Below are positions 26,512 to 44,784 of a stretch of 64,000 nt of DNA, piece by piece. Both the position numbers and the translations under genes were made by a program. Each line of letters opens with the position of its first letter. The stretch's first letter is position 1. The notes below the pieces were generated by a model, which saw only the letters and a list, made by a program, of their open reading frames with translations, was not told the DNA's origin and ran no database searches. Origin of the DNA: Neocallimastix sp. 'constans' (lineage: Eukaryota); contig JBODTK010000133.1 in NCBI GenBank assembly GCA_050613775.1, forward strand, positions 124,001 through 188,000. The letters are read 5' to 3'.

Positions 26512-26594
26512 GACTGAAGACTTTGGTCTTCCCCATATAGTAATATGGGTGTATGATTAACTACCATACCGGTACGGCGTCGACGCTCTCTATA
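26508..26594. other. GC-rich multi-hairpin element abutting a poly(T) run
   Basis: GAAGAC-TTTG-GTCTTC, CCCATAT-AGTA-ATATGGG, GTATG...CATAC and the palindrome GCGTCGACGC, enclosed by TATAGA/TCTATA. Confidence 0.55.
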
Positions 26595-27129
26595 TTTTTT
26601 ATAATAGAATAGTAATATATAATTAATAATAATTACAATAATAATAATAATATTAACACAAAAGTAATAATAACTATAGTTAATAATAACAGTAATAGTT
26701 AAAATTTTGATAATAATAATACATCTGTAATAGTAAATACAATTAATTATACTATAAATAATAATATAAATAATAATACTAAGTAAAAATTATTTAGCAT
26801 TTGATACAGTTACATCATAATAATTAATATTTAATATATATATATATTTAATAAAAAACTAATAAATATAGGTACATATAGTTTTATATACTAACAACTT
26901 ATAAAAAAATACATAATTACTTCATTATATAATAATACAATAATATACATAAAGTAAAAACAAGTTTTAAAGATTTTTTCAAAATTAACCAATATAAAAT
27001 AAAAATTATAAATAAAAAAAATTTTCTTTATCTTATCAAAAAAAAATTTTTTTATAAATCGATGATAACTTTTAATTATTGACAAATAATTTTGGATTAT
27101 TTATAAAAAAAAAATTTAAATAAATGATA

Positions 27130-27600
27130 ATAAATAATAAATAATAAGAAATATAAATAAGAAATAAGAAATAAGAAATAATTAAATAATAAATAATAAA
27201 TAACAAATAATAAATAATAAATAATAAATAATAAATAATGAATATTTAAATAATTAATAATAAATAATTAAATAATGAATAATAAATAATAAATTATTGG
27301 AATTATTAATAATGATAAATAACTAATATTAATAAATAATAATTACTAAAAACTAATAAATAATAAATAATAAATAAAAATAATAAATGGATAAATGAAT
27401 AAATAAATAATTAATTAATAATAAATAATTAATAATTACTAATAAATAAATATATAATTAATAATTAATAAATAATAATTACTAATAAATAAATATATAA
27501 TTAATAATTAATAAATAAATAAATAATAAATATTAAATAAATAAAATTTTATATTTAATATTTATTTATTTAATATTTATTTATTTATTTATTTAAGGAA
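27130..27600. repeat. Degenerate AATAAAT-type satellite
   Basis: Tandem TAAATAA/TAATAAA units with an internal repeat of about 43 bp (AATTACTAATAAATAAATATATAATTAATAATTAATAAATAA). Confidence 0.8.
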
Positions 27601-28277
27601 TAATTTTTAAATACTTTATTTAAATGGAATTAATGAATATTTGGATATAATTCAGTTAATTATAAATTATATGTAAATACATATATAAATAATATATTTC
27701 AGTAAATTATAAATTATATTAATAAATATATTATTAATATACCTCAATTTATAATAAGTTATACCAAATTTTTATACTTATTAATTATTTGTATTTTTAT
27801 ATCAAAATAGGATAATATTTAATTAAATAAATATTTATTTATTAATAATTGATATTAATATAAAAAAAAAAAATTCGATAATAGTAAATTAAATAATATA
27901 TGAAATATTACTCAATTATTATACCATTTTTAATCATTATCATACCATTAAAAGTAATATATTAATAATTTTAAATTTTAAATAATAAAATAATATATTA
28001 TTATCGTATTTTTTATTTTTTTATTTTTATTTTTATTTTTTTTTTAATTTAAATTTTAAAAAATTTCATTTGGAATGAATAATAAATTTCAAATTAATTG
28101 TATGAATACTTTAAAACTAAAAATATAAATTACTTATTTAATTATTTTATAAATAACATAGTTTTTCTTTTATCAGTAATATTAGGTAAGAATCATTATT
28201 TAATTTATGAAATTTATTAAAGAAATTTGGTTATATGTAAATATTAACCTTTAGAATTAATTGGAAATTTCAAGAAA

Positions 28278-28320
<43 letters not shown>

Positions 28321-29041
28321 TTTATTTTATTTTATTTTATTTTATTTTATTTTTATTATTTTTTTTTATTTTAAATTTTTTAGAAAGATAATGACATAAT
28401 GACATAAAGACAACAGTAAATGAAATATGGCGTTATATTAAATTAATTTATTTGAATAAAGAGTTCTTTTTATAAAATAATAAAGTTATTTGTAAATTTC
28501 AAATTAAATTTTAATAAATTATGTAAATGTAAACATTATATAATTATTATATTATACTATTTTCTTTTAGAATTATAAGTAATTATTAATAATATAAATC
28601 TGAGTTTATTTTTATTTAATAACGTTAATAATAAAATATAATGTTTGTTTAAGAATTGATAAGACTGTAAAACATTTTTTATGCTTTTTTTTTTTTTTAT
28701 GTTTTTTTTTTTTTAAAAAAAAAAACAGAATCTTAATCTAATTAGATTAGTTGTATATAAAATTCAGCATTTTTAAGAAATATTACTTTGTATTGTTATT
28801 ATTTTTTCTTTTATAAAAAAATAATATTATAAGATATTGAAATATATAATCGGTATTCATTCTTTTATTGATATTAATATATTTATTTAAAATATTTATT
28901 TAATTTAAAAAAAAAATAATAATTAATGGTTATGTACTTATATTAAATAATATATACATTATTATTTTTGTTAATTTTTTAAATTGTATTATTTCATATT
29001 TATTTTGATATTTTTTATTTTTTTATTATTAATATAAATAT

Positions 29042-29075
<34 letters not shown>

Positions 29076-29157
29076 CTTTAAATAGAAAATTGGAATTAAT
29101 TATTTAAACGTCTAATTAATTTTTTTTCTTATCACTTTTTTAAAGGAATTAAACAAA

Positions 29158-32246
<3,089 letters not shown>

Positions 32247-32386
32247 ATAGAAAAAATTAAAAAAAAAAATAATAATAAAAATAATAATAAAAATAATAAA
32301 AAATATTAGAAAAAAAAAATATATATATATATGTATATATATATATATTTATATACAAAAGAAAGGAAGGGAAAGAAGAGAGTTAA

Positions 32387-32420
<34 letters not shown>

Positions 32421-33202
32421 GTAATTCATAATTCATAATCATTAAGAATATATTTATTATATAATATATAAATATTATAATAAATTCATAAAATAATTAA
32501 TTAAAAATAATAATAAATAAATTTTATATATATTGAAAATTTGATAAATCTATAGTATATATATATGTATAATATATTTATTAACATGCCCTTAAATTTT
32601 TATCTTTTTCCTTAAAGATTTTTTTTTATTTATTTATTTACTATAATACATGAATAAAAATAAAAATGTAAAAGTTTATTTATTTATTTATTTTTTTTTT
32701 TATAATAATAGTACATACATAATTATAAAAATATAAATATAAATGTATAAATATATATATATATGTCATATTATTATTTTAGTATTTATTGTAATTATAG
32801 CGTATTATATATATATATATATATTTTAATTTAACGTTTAACTATTATAATAATGATGATAATAAAATAATATATATATATATATATATTATAATAATAA
32901 TAATAATAAAAATAAAAAAAAATAAAAAAATAGTTGATTATAAATAAAGTACAGATTTAAAAAAATAAAATAAAATAAAATAAAATAGAATAAAAAAATA
33001 AGAAAAAAGAGTTTTTTTTTTTTTTTTCCTTTTTTTAAGTTAACCCTTTGTGCCTTTACCTTTAGTTTGTTAAATAAAATTTTAATTTTTACTTTTTTAT
33101 TTTATTATTAAATTTATATAGACTAACTAAATAAATAATAAATAATATAATAAAAATAAAGTAATAATAATTATTATTATAATAGATAAATAAAGAGTAT
33201 TT

Positions 33203-33205
<3 letters not shown>

Positions 33206-33235
<30 letters not shown>

Positions 33236-34382
33236 ATCTAAAAATTAAAAAAACTAGGAGGAGAATACACTTCCATTCCATTATTTATAAATTATTAAAA
33301 TATAAATATATTGTATGCGTTATAATTGAAGAAATACATTATATATATATATATGAAATATATTAAATAAAAAAAAAATACTATATATAAGCTTTAATAA
33401 AGAAACAAAATTAATGTAATATAATAAAAGTAAAGATAAAATTAAAAAGAAATTTTGATATTATAAAAAGGAATCAAGATCATTTCTACCAACAAATACT
33501 TAAAACAAAGAAAGTACCGTATATAAAATAGATAGTGTGGTGATCACTAAACTCACCCTTGAACCAAGAGAAATATTATCAAGAGATTCAATTACCATTG
33601 ATTTGTTGTGTAAAGAACGATTATTACTGTTCGTATAAGATGTGCTAATAATAGAGGTTCTTTTTTTTGCCATATTGGTTTGACGTTGACTTCATTGGTT
33701 GTGAAGGGTTTTCTTTTTTTTTTTTTTTTTACTATACCAATCAAAAAGTAACTCAAGAAAGCTATAAAGGACTAATATTGTGTTAGTAAGGTAATCCTCA
33801 TGGCTAACTCTATATGGAACATTAGACTCAGAACTCTTTAATAAAAGTTCTTTTTTAAGGTCTTTGTATTTTTCTCCAGTATAGAATTGTAGCTCATCCA
33901 AAACTTAAATTTCGCCAAGAAGGAACCTAAAAATATATTTATTAATTCGTTTTTCACAATCTAAATTAGATGAATAGGAAGAAAATAAAAGTAAATTCCT
34001 TATTTCTTTATGTTCTAAAAAAAAAAAAAAAAAAAAAAATTAAAAAAGGTCATTGATCAAATTTAATGATTTCGATATGACATTAGAAAAAGTGGAACAT
34101 TTAAATATCCAGTAGGATAAATGACTGATCACCTTTATCACAAATATGAACAACATTTGGGTCAATTTTTCTGTAACTCTACTACCACTAAAGGTAATAA
34201 TAGTATTGTACTTATATATACATCTTAAACGTAAATATCTAATTAGACTAAATTTAATGTATTTACAGCTAAGATTGAATAAAGTTCTTGTGTGAATTAA
34301 TTTAAATTTATCGTAGTTAGTACTTTTGATATCTTGTTTTGTAATAATACCAGACTTGTACGCTTCAATAACATTACTAAAC

Positions 34383-34456
<74 letters not shown>

Positions 34457-35180
34457 ATTTTTCTATAAATAGAACGTGATTCTTTAGCCCGTCAATATCA
34501 ATATTTATGTATTGTAGGATTATTTTTTAATAAGATCATTAATAATGACGCTAGATTTTGTCCATTTGCAGAAGCATTTAGTCTACATTTATGCACAGAA
34601 ACTATCAATAGTGAGAATATGAAGGTCTAAAGAAAGGGCATAAGTATTAATAGAATATTTTCTTTTAATATAACCTTTACATGGTAATATATTTTTTGAT
34701 TTATTAATTTTTTATTAGTACGAAGGAAAACTGAATTTTTAAGATATAAAGAATTTAAACAAAAGCCTTTCCAACTAATTTTCAATATAATTTAAAACTT
34801 TTCAATACTTTTAGGGATGAAACTAATTAGTATATTATTAAGTAGGAGCATTAATTTTAGTAATAAAATAGAAGTTACGAAATTTATGAATATTTTTTTT
34901 TTTTTACTAAATAAAAAAAAAAAAAAAGGTCAAATTGAGATTTAATGTTAAAATTTATTACATTATAGAGTTGATTTACAGACCAATTCGTTTAGATCAT
35001 GAAGGAATATCATATAATAATTTTTTTTTTTTTTTTTTTTTTAATATTGAAATATTGTTAAAGTTAGTATGAGCCACTAAAGATTCTATAATATTCGGAA
35101 AAAGTCATTTTGATTGTTTCAAATTAGTGATGGTTGATTAATAAAGTATCTAAATTCACTGAATATAATAGAGCGAAAGT
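33206..35180 (-). mobile_element. Degenerate LINE-like retrotransposon, about 1.9-kb 3' portion with poly(A) tail
   Basis: Minus-strand remnants NTYALSLDLHI..CA..TKCFCKWTKSSVIINDLIK, PKCC..CDKGDQSF..WIFKCSTF (CCHC-like) and ENELINIFLG. It is homologous to 23270-24412 and ends TGGAAGTGTATTCTCCTCCTAGT before the T-run at 33206-33236. Confidence 0.75.
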
Positions 35181-35183
<3 letters not shown>

Positions 35184-35236
<53 letters not shown>

Positions 35237-35310
35237 CTAGGAAGAAAATACACTTCCAGTGCTTTATTAAATAGATAATTATATTTTTATGTATTAACTT
35301 TTTTTTTTTT
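35184..35310 (-). mobile_element. Isolated 3' terminus of the same LINE family with poly(A)
   Basis: Minus strand TAATAAAGCACTGGAAGTGTATTTTCTTCCTAGTCT followed by about 50 A (T-run 35184-35233). Confidence 0.7.
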
Positions 35311-35580
35311 TTAAAAAAAAAATACATTATGTAATTTAAAGATAAAAATAAAATTTATGTAAAAGAAAGTTGATAACAAGTTGTTGTGTCAATGCAATAT
35401 AAAAACACCTTAGAATTTTTGGGTAAAAATAAAATAAAAAAAAAAAAAAATAATAATAATAAATAGATAAAATTGATAATTAATATATATAATAATATAT
35501 ATAAATATTAAAAAAAAAATAAATATGAAAAAAAAAAAAAAAAAAAAAAATTAATTTTTAGTTTTTATGGCATAATTATC

Positions 35581-35627
<47 letters not shown>

Positions 35628-36108
35628 TTAAATATGATTAAAAATAATAATGCTTAAAAATTTAAAAGAATAATTAAAGTGTAGGAGAAGTAAAATAAAA
35701 TAAAAATAAATAAATCAATCTTTTTAATTTTTTGTATAATAAAATAAATAAATAAATACATAAATAAATACATAAAGAAATAAATAAATAAATTAATAAT
35801 AAAAAAAAAGATTAAATTTTTTAATTTTTTTTATTTTAAAATTTTTATTTTTATATTTATTTTACTTTTTTTTTTATATTATATATTTAACAATAATATA
35901 TATATATTATAAAGATATTTTTATTTTATATTCTTTTCTCTTATTTCTAAAAAAAAAAAAAAAAAACTTTTGAAATGATTTATTAAAAAAATCCAAGTCG
36001 ATTCTTTATTTATTTATTTATTGCTGTTGTTTATTTATTTATTTTTTGTTTTGTTTTGTGTTAATAATTATTATATGTATTTTCTTTTTCTTTTTGCTCT
36101 TCTTATTT

Positions 36109-36152
<44 letters not shown>

Positions 36153-36324
36153 CTTATTTATTTATTTCTTTTAATTTTTTTGAATATTATTGTCAATAAA
36201 AATAAAATTAAAAGAAAATAAAAAACAAAAGGGAAAAAAAGCAGAGAAAAAAAATATTAAATTTTAATAAAAAAAAATTTTTAAATTTAATTTTGTTTTA
36301 TTTGTTTATTTTTTTTTAATTTAC

Positions 36325-39300
36325 TTAAACAGAGTTAATAATTTCATCGGCCTTAGTTAAAGCTTCAATCATCTTCTTACATTCTCTTCTACGTTGTAAA
36401 GTCATATCGGATTCCTTTAATAATTCTTCAAAGACATCCTTTTTGTAAAGTTCAGATAAAAGATGACGTTGTAATTCATCCTTAGAATGATTAACTAAAT
36501 TAAGCATAATAGCCTTGGGAACAAGATCAGCTACAGTACGCTTAACAATTGCAAAGTAAGATTGTAATAATAATTCTGTTTTTATTTATTTATTCATCAT
36601 ACATTAATATTTTAATATATTAAAAAATAATAATATTATTATTATATTATATATTTTAATTATATTTTTATTAGATATTATTATTGTTTTATTTAAATAA
36701 TTATTAAAACTTACTGATCATTTCAGTTTCCATGTATTCACGTTCAGATAAATTACCAGATGCCTTTAAAACTGGTGGTGGCTGTTATATTTAAATATAA
36801 ATATAAATATAAATATAATTTTTTTTTTTTCATTTAATTTTTTATAATAATTAAATTTAGATATTATTTTTATTTTCATTGCTATTGCTATTAATAGTAT
36901 CGATATTTATATAAGTAATAAAATATATATTATTTACGTTTTCAAGAACTCCTGGCTTCTTCTTCTTAGAGAAGAAAGATCCGAAGAATCCGGTATTACT
37001 GCTTGTTGTAGTATCATCTAATGGAGAACTTGATCTCTTATCTAAGCTAAGACTGTTCTTTTGATTAATTTTTTCTTGAACTTTAGCCATGGCCTAGTAA
37101 TTTATTAATCATTATTGATATTAACAATAATATTTAAATATATATTATTTAGATATATGTTTATTATTAATTAGAAAATGTTAATTATTTCTTTTATTTA
37201 TTTTTTTAATTTATTTATTATATAATGAAAAAGTAAAACTATTAGCTTACTTTATGACCACTTAAAAAGTCTGGGTGAGCAGTGTTAATGTAACAAGCTT
37301 CGGCACTATTAATAATATTTAAAAAATATATATAAATATTTCAGTTAATTGCTAATAAATATTTTTGTTTTTCTCATTTAAATATTTATTCGATAATTAT
37401 CGAAAAAATAAATAAAAATAATAATAATTACGCAATAATGCTTTGAACAAGCTTATTAGTTGGAATAAGTGAAGCCTTAAAGAATGAAATAACAGTAGAA
37501 TAAAATTGCTCCTTTAATGATGGAAAACGCTTAAAAACCTATTATAATTTTTAATTTATTATATAAGTTAATTAAATATATATAATTAATTATTTATTTA
37601 AGAAAAATAAATAAATATATATTTATATCCATATATTTTTATTATAATTTATTAAAAATTCTATCTTTCATTATTAATACTTACTTGTCTTTGAAGTAAT
37701 TGATTTAAGATACGAACTAACTCATCATAAATCATATTGACACACTTTAAACTTGGATCTTCTAAACGCTTAATTTGTTGTTTAACTAAAACTTCAAAAG
37801 CAGTGCTACCAACAAATAAGGCTGGGGAAGAACCCTATATATATTTTTTTTATAAAATTTAATTTAATCCAATTTTTATCAAATATAATTTAAATTTTAA
37901 TTTAATTATCAATTTATATTTGTATATTGGTAAAATAAATAAACAATATATATATATTCATTTATAATAAATATATAAATAAAACTTACAGATGAGTTAT
38001 ACATAATAGTTCTAATATCAACATCCTTAATTTGATCGAATGGATCCATACTAGTAATAGCATCTTTGAAACTATCATGGAAAACGTAACTAATACGAGC
38101 ACCTCCACTAAGTTCAAAACTAGATAAATCGTTGGAATTACCGTCAATAATTGTACGGAATTCACTACAGAATTCAGTGATAATATTTAAAACTAAGTTG
38201 GACTAATAAAATAAAAATTTATTAATAAATGTATATAAAAAGGTTATTTTAAAAAAAAATATTCATTAAATATGCATATATAAAATAATTAATTTATTTA
38301 ATTAACCTATAAACCTTTAAATTATATATATATATATACTTACATGACTAGTAACATCATCACCTAATGGGTCACCAAGTTGAGCAAGTTCAGCTTGATA
38401 TTTTTGAAGAGAGGCAGCAATTTTAATTTTAATTTCTGGTAAAGTGTTTCTAATATGATGCATTAAAATCTTAATTTGTATAAAAAAAAATTATATAAAT
38501 AAATAAATAAATAAATAAATAAATAGAATTATTTTTGCTGTATTAAATCATATATATAGGTAAATGTTTATTTATATTTATCAAAATAATAATAATAAAA
38601 AAAAAAGAATTTAATAATTTACCATATTTAATTTACGAGCTAAGAATGGTGTACCACAATATTGAGCTTTACTCTTGTAAGATGAGTGATGTTCAAAGAA
38701 TTGCTTTTCAGATTCGAGAGCTTTAGAGATAGATTTATTGGTATCAATATCTCTTTGACCACGATTAACAACTGGAACATAACCTATTATTATTATTAGT
38801 ATTATAATTCATATTCATATTATTATTAAATAAATAATTTAAATTAATAGTTAAAATATTAAAATTAAAAAATAATAATAATAATAAATTAATATTTTAT
38901 TATTTTTTTTATTTAATTACCGAGACGTAAAGGAATAATACGACCAGCTAAAATATCAATTACATCTGTTCCAGAATCCATTAAATCAACCTTAGTTAAA
39001 ACACCAATAGTACGAACACCTTCTGGATCGACTTCTCTGGCTAACTTAAGACCATCAGAATTAGCAAGATCAGTATTAGCGGCAGTAACAGCTAAAATAA
39101 TGGCATTTGGTTTAGTAATATATTTTAAAATCATATCACGAATAAGTTTTTCAATATCCTTTGGTTGATCACCAACTGGAACCTTTGTAAGACCTGGGAG
39201 ATCGACTAAAGTTAAGGTAAGAACCTTTGGTGAAAAGATACGAAGATTAATTGGTTGATCACTTATACCAGCATTTTTACCAACCTTAAGCTCTGTTTCT

Positions 39301-40025
39301 TTTTCAATTTCTTTTCTTATTTCGGTGAAATCATAGAATTTTTTTCCTGGTAAATGTAAAAATTCACCCCATTCACTGGTGTTTTGTTCATTATCTTCAG
39401 ATTCATTTATATTTGTATTAGAATGTGCTGGAGATTTTGATAAAGTTGGTGATTGAGTAACACTGGCTGGTGCTGAATTAGTGGTATAGCCATCTCTCTT
39501 ATTAATTAATTGTAAAATTAAAGGTCTTCGAGTAACAATACCTGTACCTCTGTTTTGTTTATTTTAACATAATATTTTATTTATATTTTTAATTTATATT
39601 TTATTTTTACATTTTTTATTCATATTTTATTTTTATATTTTATTTTTATATTTTATTTTTATCATATAATTTTTTTAATAATATTTTTAATAATATTTTT
39701 TAGTTATTATAAAAGGTATAACAAATAAATAAAAAATAAATTATATATATTTTAAATATTTAATTATTTATTTATACCTTGGTAAAAAGTCTCTTCCAAC
39801 AATGTTTTCTAAGACGGAACTTTTACCACTACTTTGGGATCCAATAACAACAATCTACATTTAATATTAATTATTTAATTATTATTTTATTTAAGAATAA
39901 TGAATAATACTCGAGAATATTTTACAATATATATTTACTTGTGGAAGGTCAATTGGATTTTGAACTCCAACGGTTGAAAAAGCATCTTGAAGCTTATTAA
40001 TTGTTTTAATTAAATGACTATCCAT
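36325..40025 (-). CDS. VPS1: Vps1 dynamin-related GTPase; 12 exons (40025-39939, 39854-39778, 39549-38921, 38783-38623, 38469-38344, 38202-37990, 37834-37685, 37538-37432, 37305-37251, 37093-36938, 36781-36715, 36575-36325)
   Basis: N-terminus [17 protein letters not shown]1 [23 protein letters not shown]3 DLPG, G4 [13 protein letters not shown], insert-B GFFGSFFS, and [15 protein letters not shown]...QRRRECKKM. Confidence 0.95.
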
Positions 40026-43000
40026 TGTTTATATTAGGATTATATAATTATATACAAAAATCCTGAATATTGATAAATATATATATTTTATAAATATCGA
40101 AAATTTTGTTAATCTTGATATTTTTAATATTATTTAATATAATTTATATATAACATATATTTTTACAATTTAAAAATTTGATATAAAAAAATATACATGT
40201 AATATTTACTAAAAAAAAAAAAAAAAAAAAAAATATTGTTATATATTATTATTTCTTGTTAAAATAAAGTTGTCATTAAATATCATTTGATTAAATTTAT
40301 TATTTTTATTTAGATTATTCAATTTTTGATATAAATATATATATTTTCACTCTTTATTTAATAATCATATTGTTTATCGAAATAAATTAAATAATTTTCT
40401 TTATAATTACATCTATTTACATAATATTATATTTTTACTTTTATTTATTTATTTTTTTTTTATTGTTTAAAACTATTTTAACAATCAATCAATATAATTT
40501 TTATTTTAAAAGCTTTTTACTAGAGTAACCATTGTCTATTTATATATAAATAATAAATTCATAAATTTATAAAATGTTTATACCTTTTAATTATATTAAT
40601 TTTTTTTTTTTTTTTTTCTAATTTACTAAAATATGTATAATATTATATATTTATTCTCTAAATTTATTAATCCTTTCGAATTATTTATTTCTATATTGAT
40701 ATTTTATTATTTTTAATAAAAATAAGTAATATTATTACTGCTTTAAAAGAATAATGTAATTACAATAATAATATTAATAATAAAACAAATCAATATTCTA
40801 TTATTTACGAAAAGAAAAAAAAGTGAAGGAAATAAAAAAAAAAATCTTTTTATTTATTTATTTTTTTTTTTTTTTTTGTAATAATTTTAATAAAAAAAAA
40901 AATAAATAAATAAAAAAATATAAAAACCAATTATTCATAATATATAATCAGTAGAAATTTAATATATTGATAATATATTATAATATACAATAAATATATG
41001 TTGAATCAATCAATAGAATTAATTTAAAATTATTTTATATTTATAAATTCGATTATTATGTCGTACTAAAATATAAAGTTTAAAAGTTTTTTTGTTAAGA
41101 ACAGATTTAAAATTTATATATATGATTTTTATTCATTTATTTATAATATTAACATTTATTTAATAATATAATGGATGTTCATTTACTTTACTTTTATTTA
41201 AATACAGAAATAATTTCAAAGATAATGGAATAAATTGTTTAAAATTAAGTAGTTTATTTTATTATATGAATAATTAAATATATTATTTGATATTATATAT
41301 TTATTTAAAATAATAATATATAAAAAATTTTAGAAATTTATATGTATATTTGAATATTAGAAATTATAAAATAAAATAAAATATATATATATAATTATAA
41401 GAATTATATATACATTTTATTTTCATATTATTATTAACATTTTTTTTTTTTTTATTTTTATTTTTATTTTTATTTTTTTTTTTTAAACAAGCAATTATAT
41501 ACTTTATTCAATAAAATGAAATTGTTTAGATTATATTAAAATTATTATATATATATATTTATTTATTAAAATGGAACTAAGCTTTAAAAATTTTTTATTA
41601 TAAACTTTATGATAAATAATTATATTTGAAATATTTTTTAAAAAAAATATATTTTATTTTAATTAATAATTAAGTATATCTCAATTATTTTTAATGTTTG
41701 TATAATAAAAGCATATAATATTTAAAAATAAAAATAATTGTTAATCAATATTCATATTTTATTTCTTTAAAGACATCAATTGTTTAATAATCATTAAACA
41801 ATTGAATAAATATATATATATTTTTAAAGATTTTTTTTAAAGAAATAAAAGAAATGGAACCAAAAAATGGTTAAAAATAATTAATATAATATTTAATAAC
41901 TATTAATTAACATACATATTTTTATGCAATTTATTATGTTTTGTTATGTTATATAAATTCATATTTAATATATATTTCAAAAGTTTGATTTCGTTATTTC
42001 TTCATTATTATGATTTTTTAATATTTGTATCTAAATAACCATAAATTATTATTTATCTAAAGCCTATATATTCATAGAGATTTAAAGTTATTTAAAATAT
42101 TGGTATAATAATTATGATTTATATAATTATAGTAATATATAATAAACATCAACTGTGCTAAAAATTATATACTCTCTTATTATTTTTTTTTGTACAACAC
42201 CTCACTAATAAAAAATATATATTTATATTTTATTATCATTTAATATTCTTTAAATTTTAAATCTTCTTTGAAGTGAACTTTTAAGAATATTTTTTCTTTT
42301 TATTAACGAAATTTTAACGTAATTGTTGTAACTAAAAGAAATATATGGAAAGTAACTTTGAGAATTAACACTGGCAAAGTGGCAAAGTCATATTAATACA
42401 ATAAAGGCCTGATTACTTTAAATTGAAGAAAGGAATTCAATCAAGAAAAATATTTATATTTATTTATATATAAAAGTAATAATAATAAAAAAAAAAAAAA
42501 AAAAAAAAAAAGAAAGAGAATACATTAATAATTAAATTTTTTTTAAAAAAATTATTATACCTATAAAATGTAATAAAAGAAAAATATAAAATAGTAATAA
42601 ATTATTTATCAACCCATTAAGACATTATATAAAATGCAATAAATAAAAGCTGATAATAAAATATAACAATATCTAAAGTAATATATCAAAAAAAATAATG
42701 ATCAAAATAATTCAGATTATATTGTATTATTGTAAGAATTGTATAAATTCATGAATATTCCAAAAATAATTTTTTATATTTAAATAACAATTAGTATATA
42801 ATAAATAATAAATAATAAAAAATAAATAATAATAATTTATTGCTATTATATATTTTTAATAATAAATAAAAAATTTTAAATAATAACTAATAAATAATAA
42901 AATAAAAGATAAATTAATATATTACGAAAATATTGAATCATAAAACACAAGTTATCATTTATTTATATAGCAATTCAAGTTTTAACAATTTTTAAAATTT

Positions 43001-43089
43001 TAAATATATAAAAATATTAATTCATATTAAGCTAATTTAATATTAAAAAGTTTATTTATTATTTTAAAAAAATCAAAAATATTTTTTAA

Positions 43090-43272
43090 AAAATAATAAT
43101 AAATAATAAATAATAAATAATAAATAATAAATAATTAAATAATTATAATTAAATAATAAATAATAAATAATAAATAATAAATAATAAATAATAAATAATA
43201 AATAATAAATAATAAATAATAAATAATAGATAATAAATAATAGATAATAAATAATAGATAATAAATAATAAA
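43090..43272. repeat. AATAAAT heptamer satellite
   Basis: Tandem TAAATAA units with TAGATAA variants. Confidence 0.9.
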
Positions 43273-44067
43273 TATTGTATCGATTTTATTAATATTGTTT
43301 TTAGGTATTCTTGGGTGGTTAATACATTTTGAAACGTATACAATTATTTACATTCAATTTTGATTTCTGTATTCTATATATATTAATTTATTTTATTTAT
43401 TAAATAAATTTATTAATTATTTAATAATAATAAAATACTAAAAATAAAAAAAAATTTTTGCTTTTTACTTTAACAGATTATTTTTTTCTTATAAAATATA
43501 TATATAATAAAAAAAAAACCTCATAAATTAACATTTTTTTTTTTTATTTATATATATTTCTTAATTAAAACATTTATTTTTATTTATAAATTTCTTAATA
43601 AAAACTTTTTTTTATTATTATCATTTTTTTTTTTTTTTTTTTTTTTTAGTTATATAAAAAAAAAAGGAAGGGAAATATATATAAATCGAAGCAATAGAAA
43701 ATTTACAATTTTCATAAAATAAAAAAATAAAATAAAATAAAAAAAAAAAAAAAAAAAAAAAAAAATAAAAATAAAAAATAAAAATAAAAATTAAAAATAA
43801 AAAAAAAGGCAGAAAAGAAAGTAAATCATTTTTTGATATTAGATATTTAAAAGATAGATAATTATTTTACTTGAATAGGTAAGAATTATTCAAATAAACT
43901 TTTGAAATTATTCTTAAAAAATTGTCATAAATTATTTATAAATGTGTTCATAGTGAACAAATTGATAAATATAATTTTATATTAAAATTTTAATTCAAAT
44001 ATTCTGAAATTAAAATATTAATAAAATTTTAATAACTGGGTTGAATGATTCTTTGTACTTATTATAC

Positions 44068-44100
<33 letters not shown>

Positions 44101-44117
44101 TTGTTATTATTTTTTTT

Positions 44118-44148
<31 letters not shown>

Positions 44149-44190
44149 TTAAATTTAATTTTTATTAAATTTTTTCTTTTTTTTCTTTTC

Positions 44191-44226
<36 letters not shown>

Positions 44227-44784
44227 CAAAGACAAAAACAAAAACAAAAACAAATATATATTATTTAATAAAAAGAATTAGGTAAAGAAAATCATTATTT
44301 ATAAGTGTTTTGACATAAAATAAAGTTCACAAAAATTTCACTATAATGATAATTATATATATACATTTAAGATTTAAAATGCCAATATTTTTACTTATAA
44401 CAATTAATTATTAGATATTTTTTTATTACTATTAATTGATATTGATTATTGATTTTAAATAATCATTTGATAGAAAATATAATAAAAATTAAATTAAATT
44501 TATATTATTTAAAATTATGTGTTGAAATGAAAGTAATTAATATGAAGAATAAAAAAATTTTTAATTATTATATTAAGAGAATATATATATATACAAGTAT
44601 AACAACACATATATTAACAATTATATAATATGTTTATAATAAAATCTGTTGAAGCATAACTTGATCTTCCTTTTTCCTATTTTTATATTTATATATTTTT
44701 TTTGGAGTAAATATAATATATAATAATAAGATTTTTTTTTTTTTATTAAAATTATATTTATAATAGATAGGATAATAAATCAAT

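Noticed and set aside
26514..26535. CTGAAGA matching the hammerhead CUGANGA core
   Set aside because: No GAAA after a stem II and no stem I/III arrangement.
33692..33901. 69-aa ORF as an independent gene
   Set aside because: It lies inside the decayed LINE copy and is interrupted by a homopolymer expansion.
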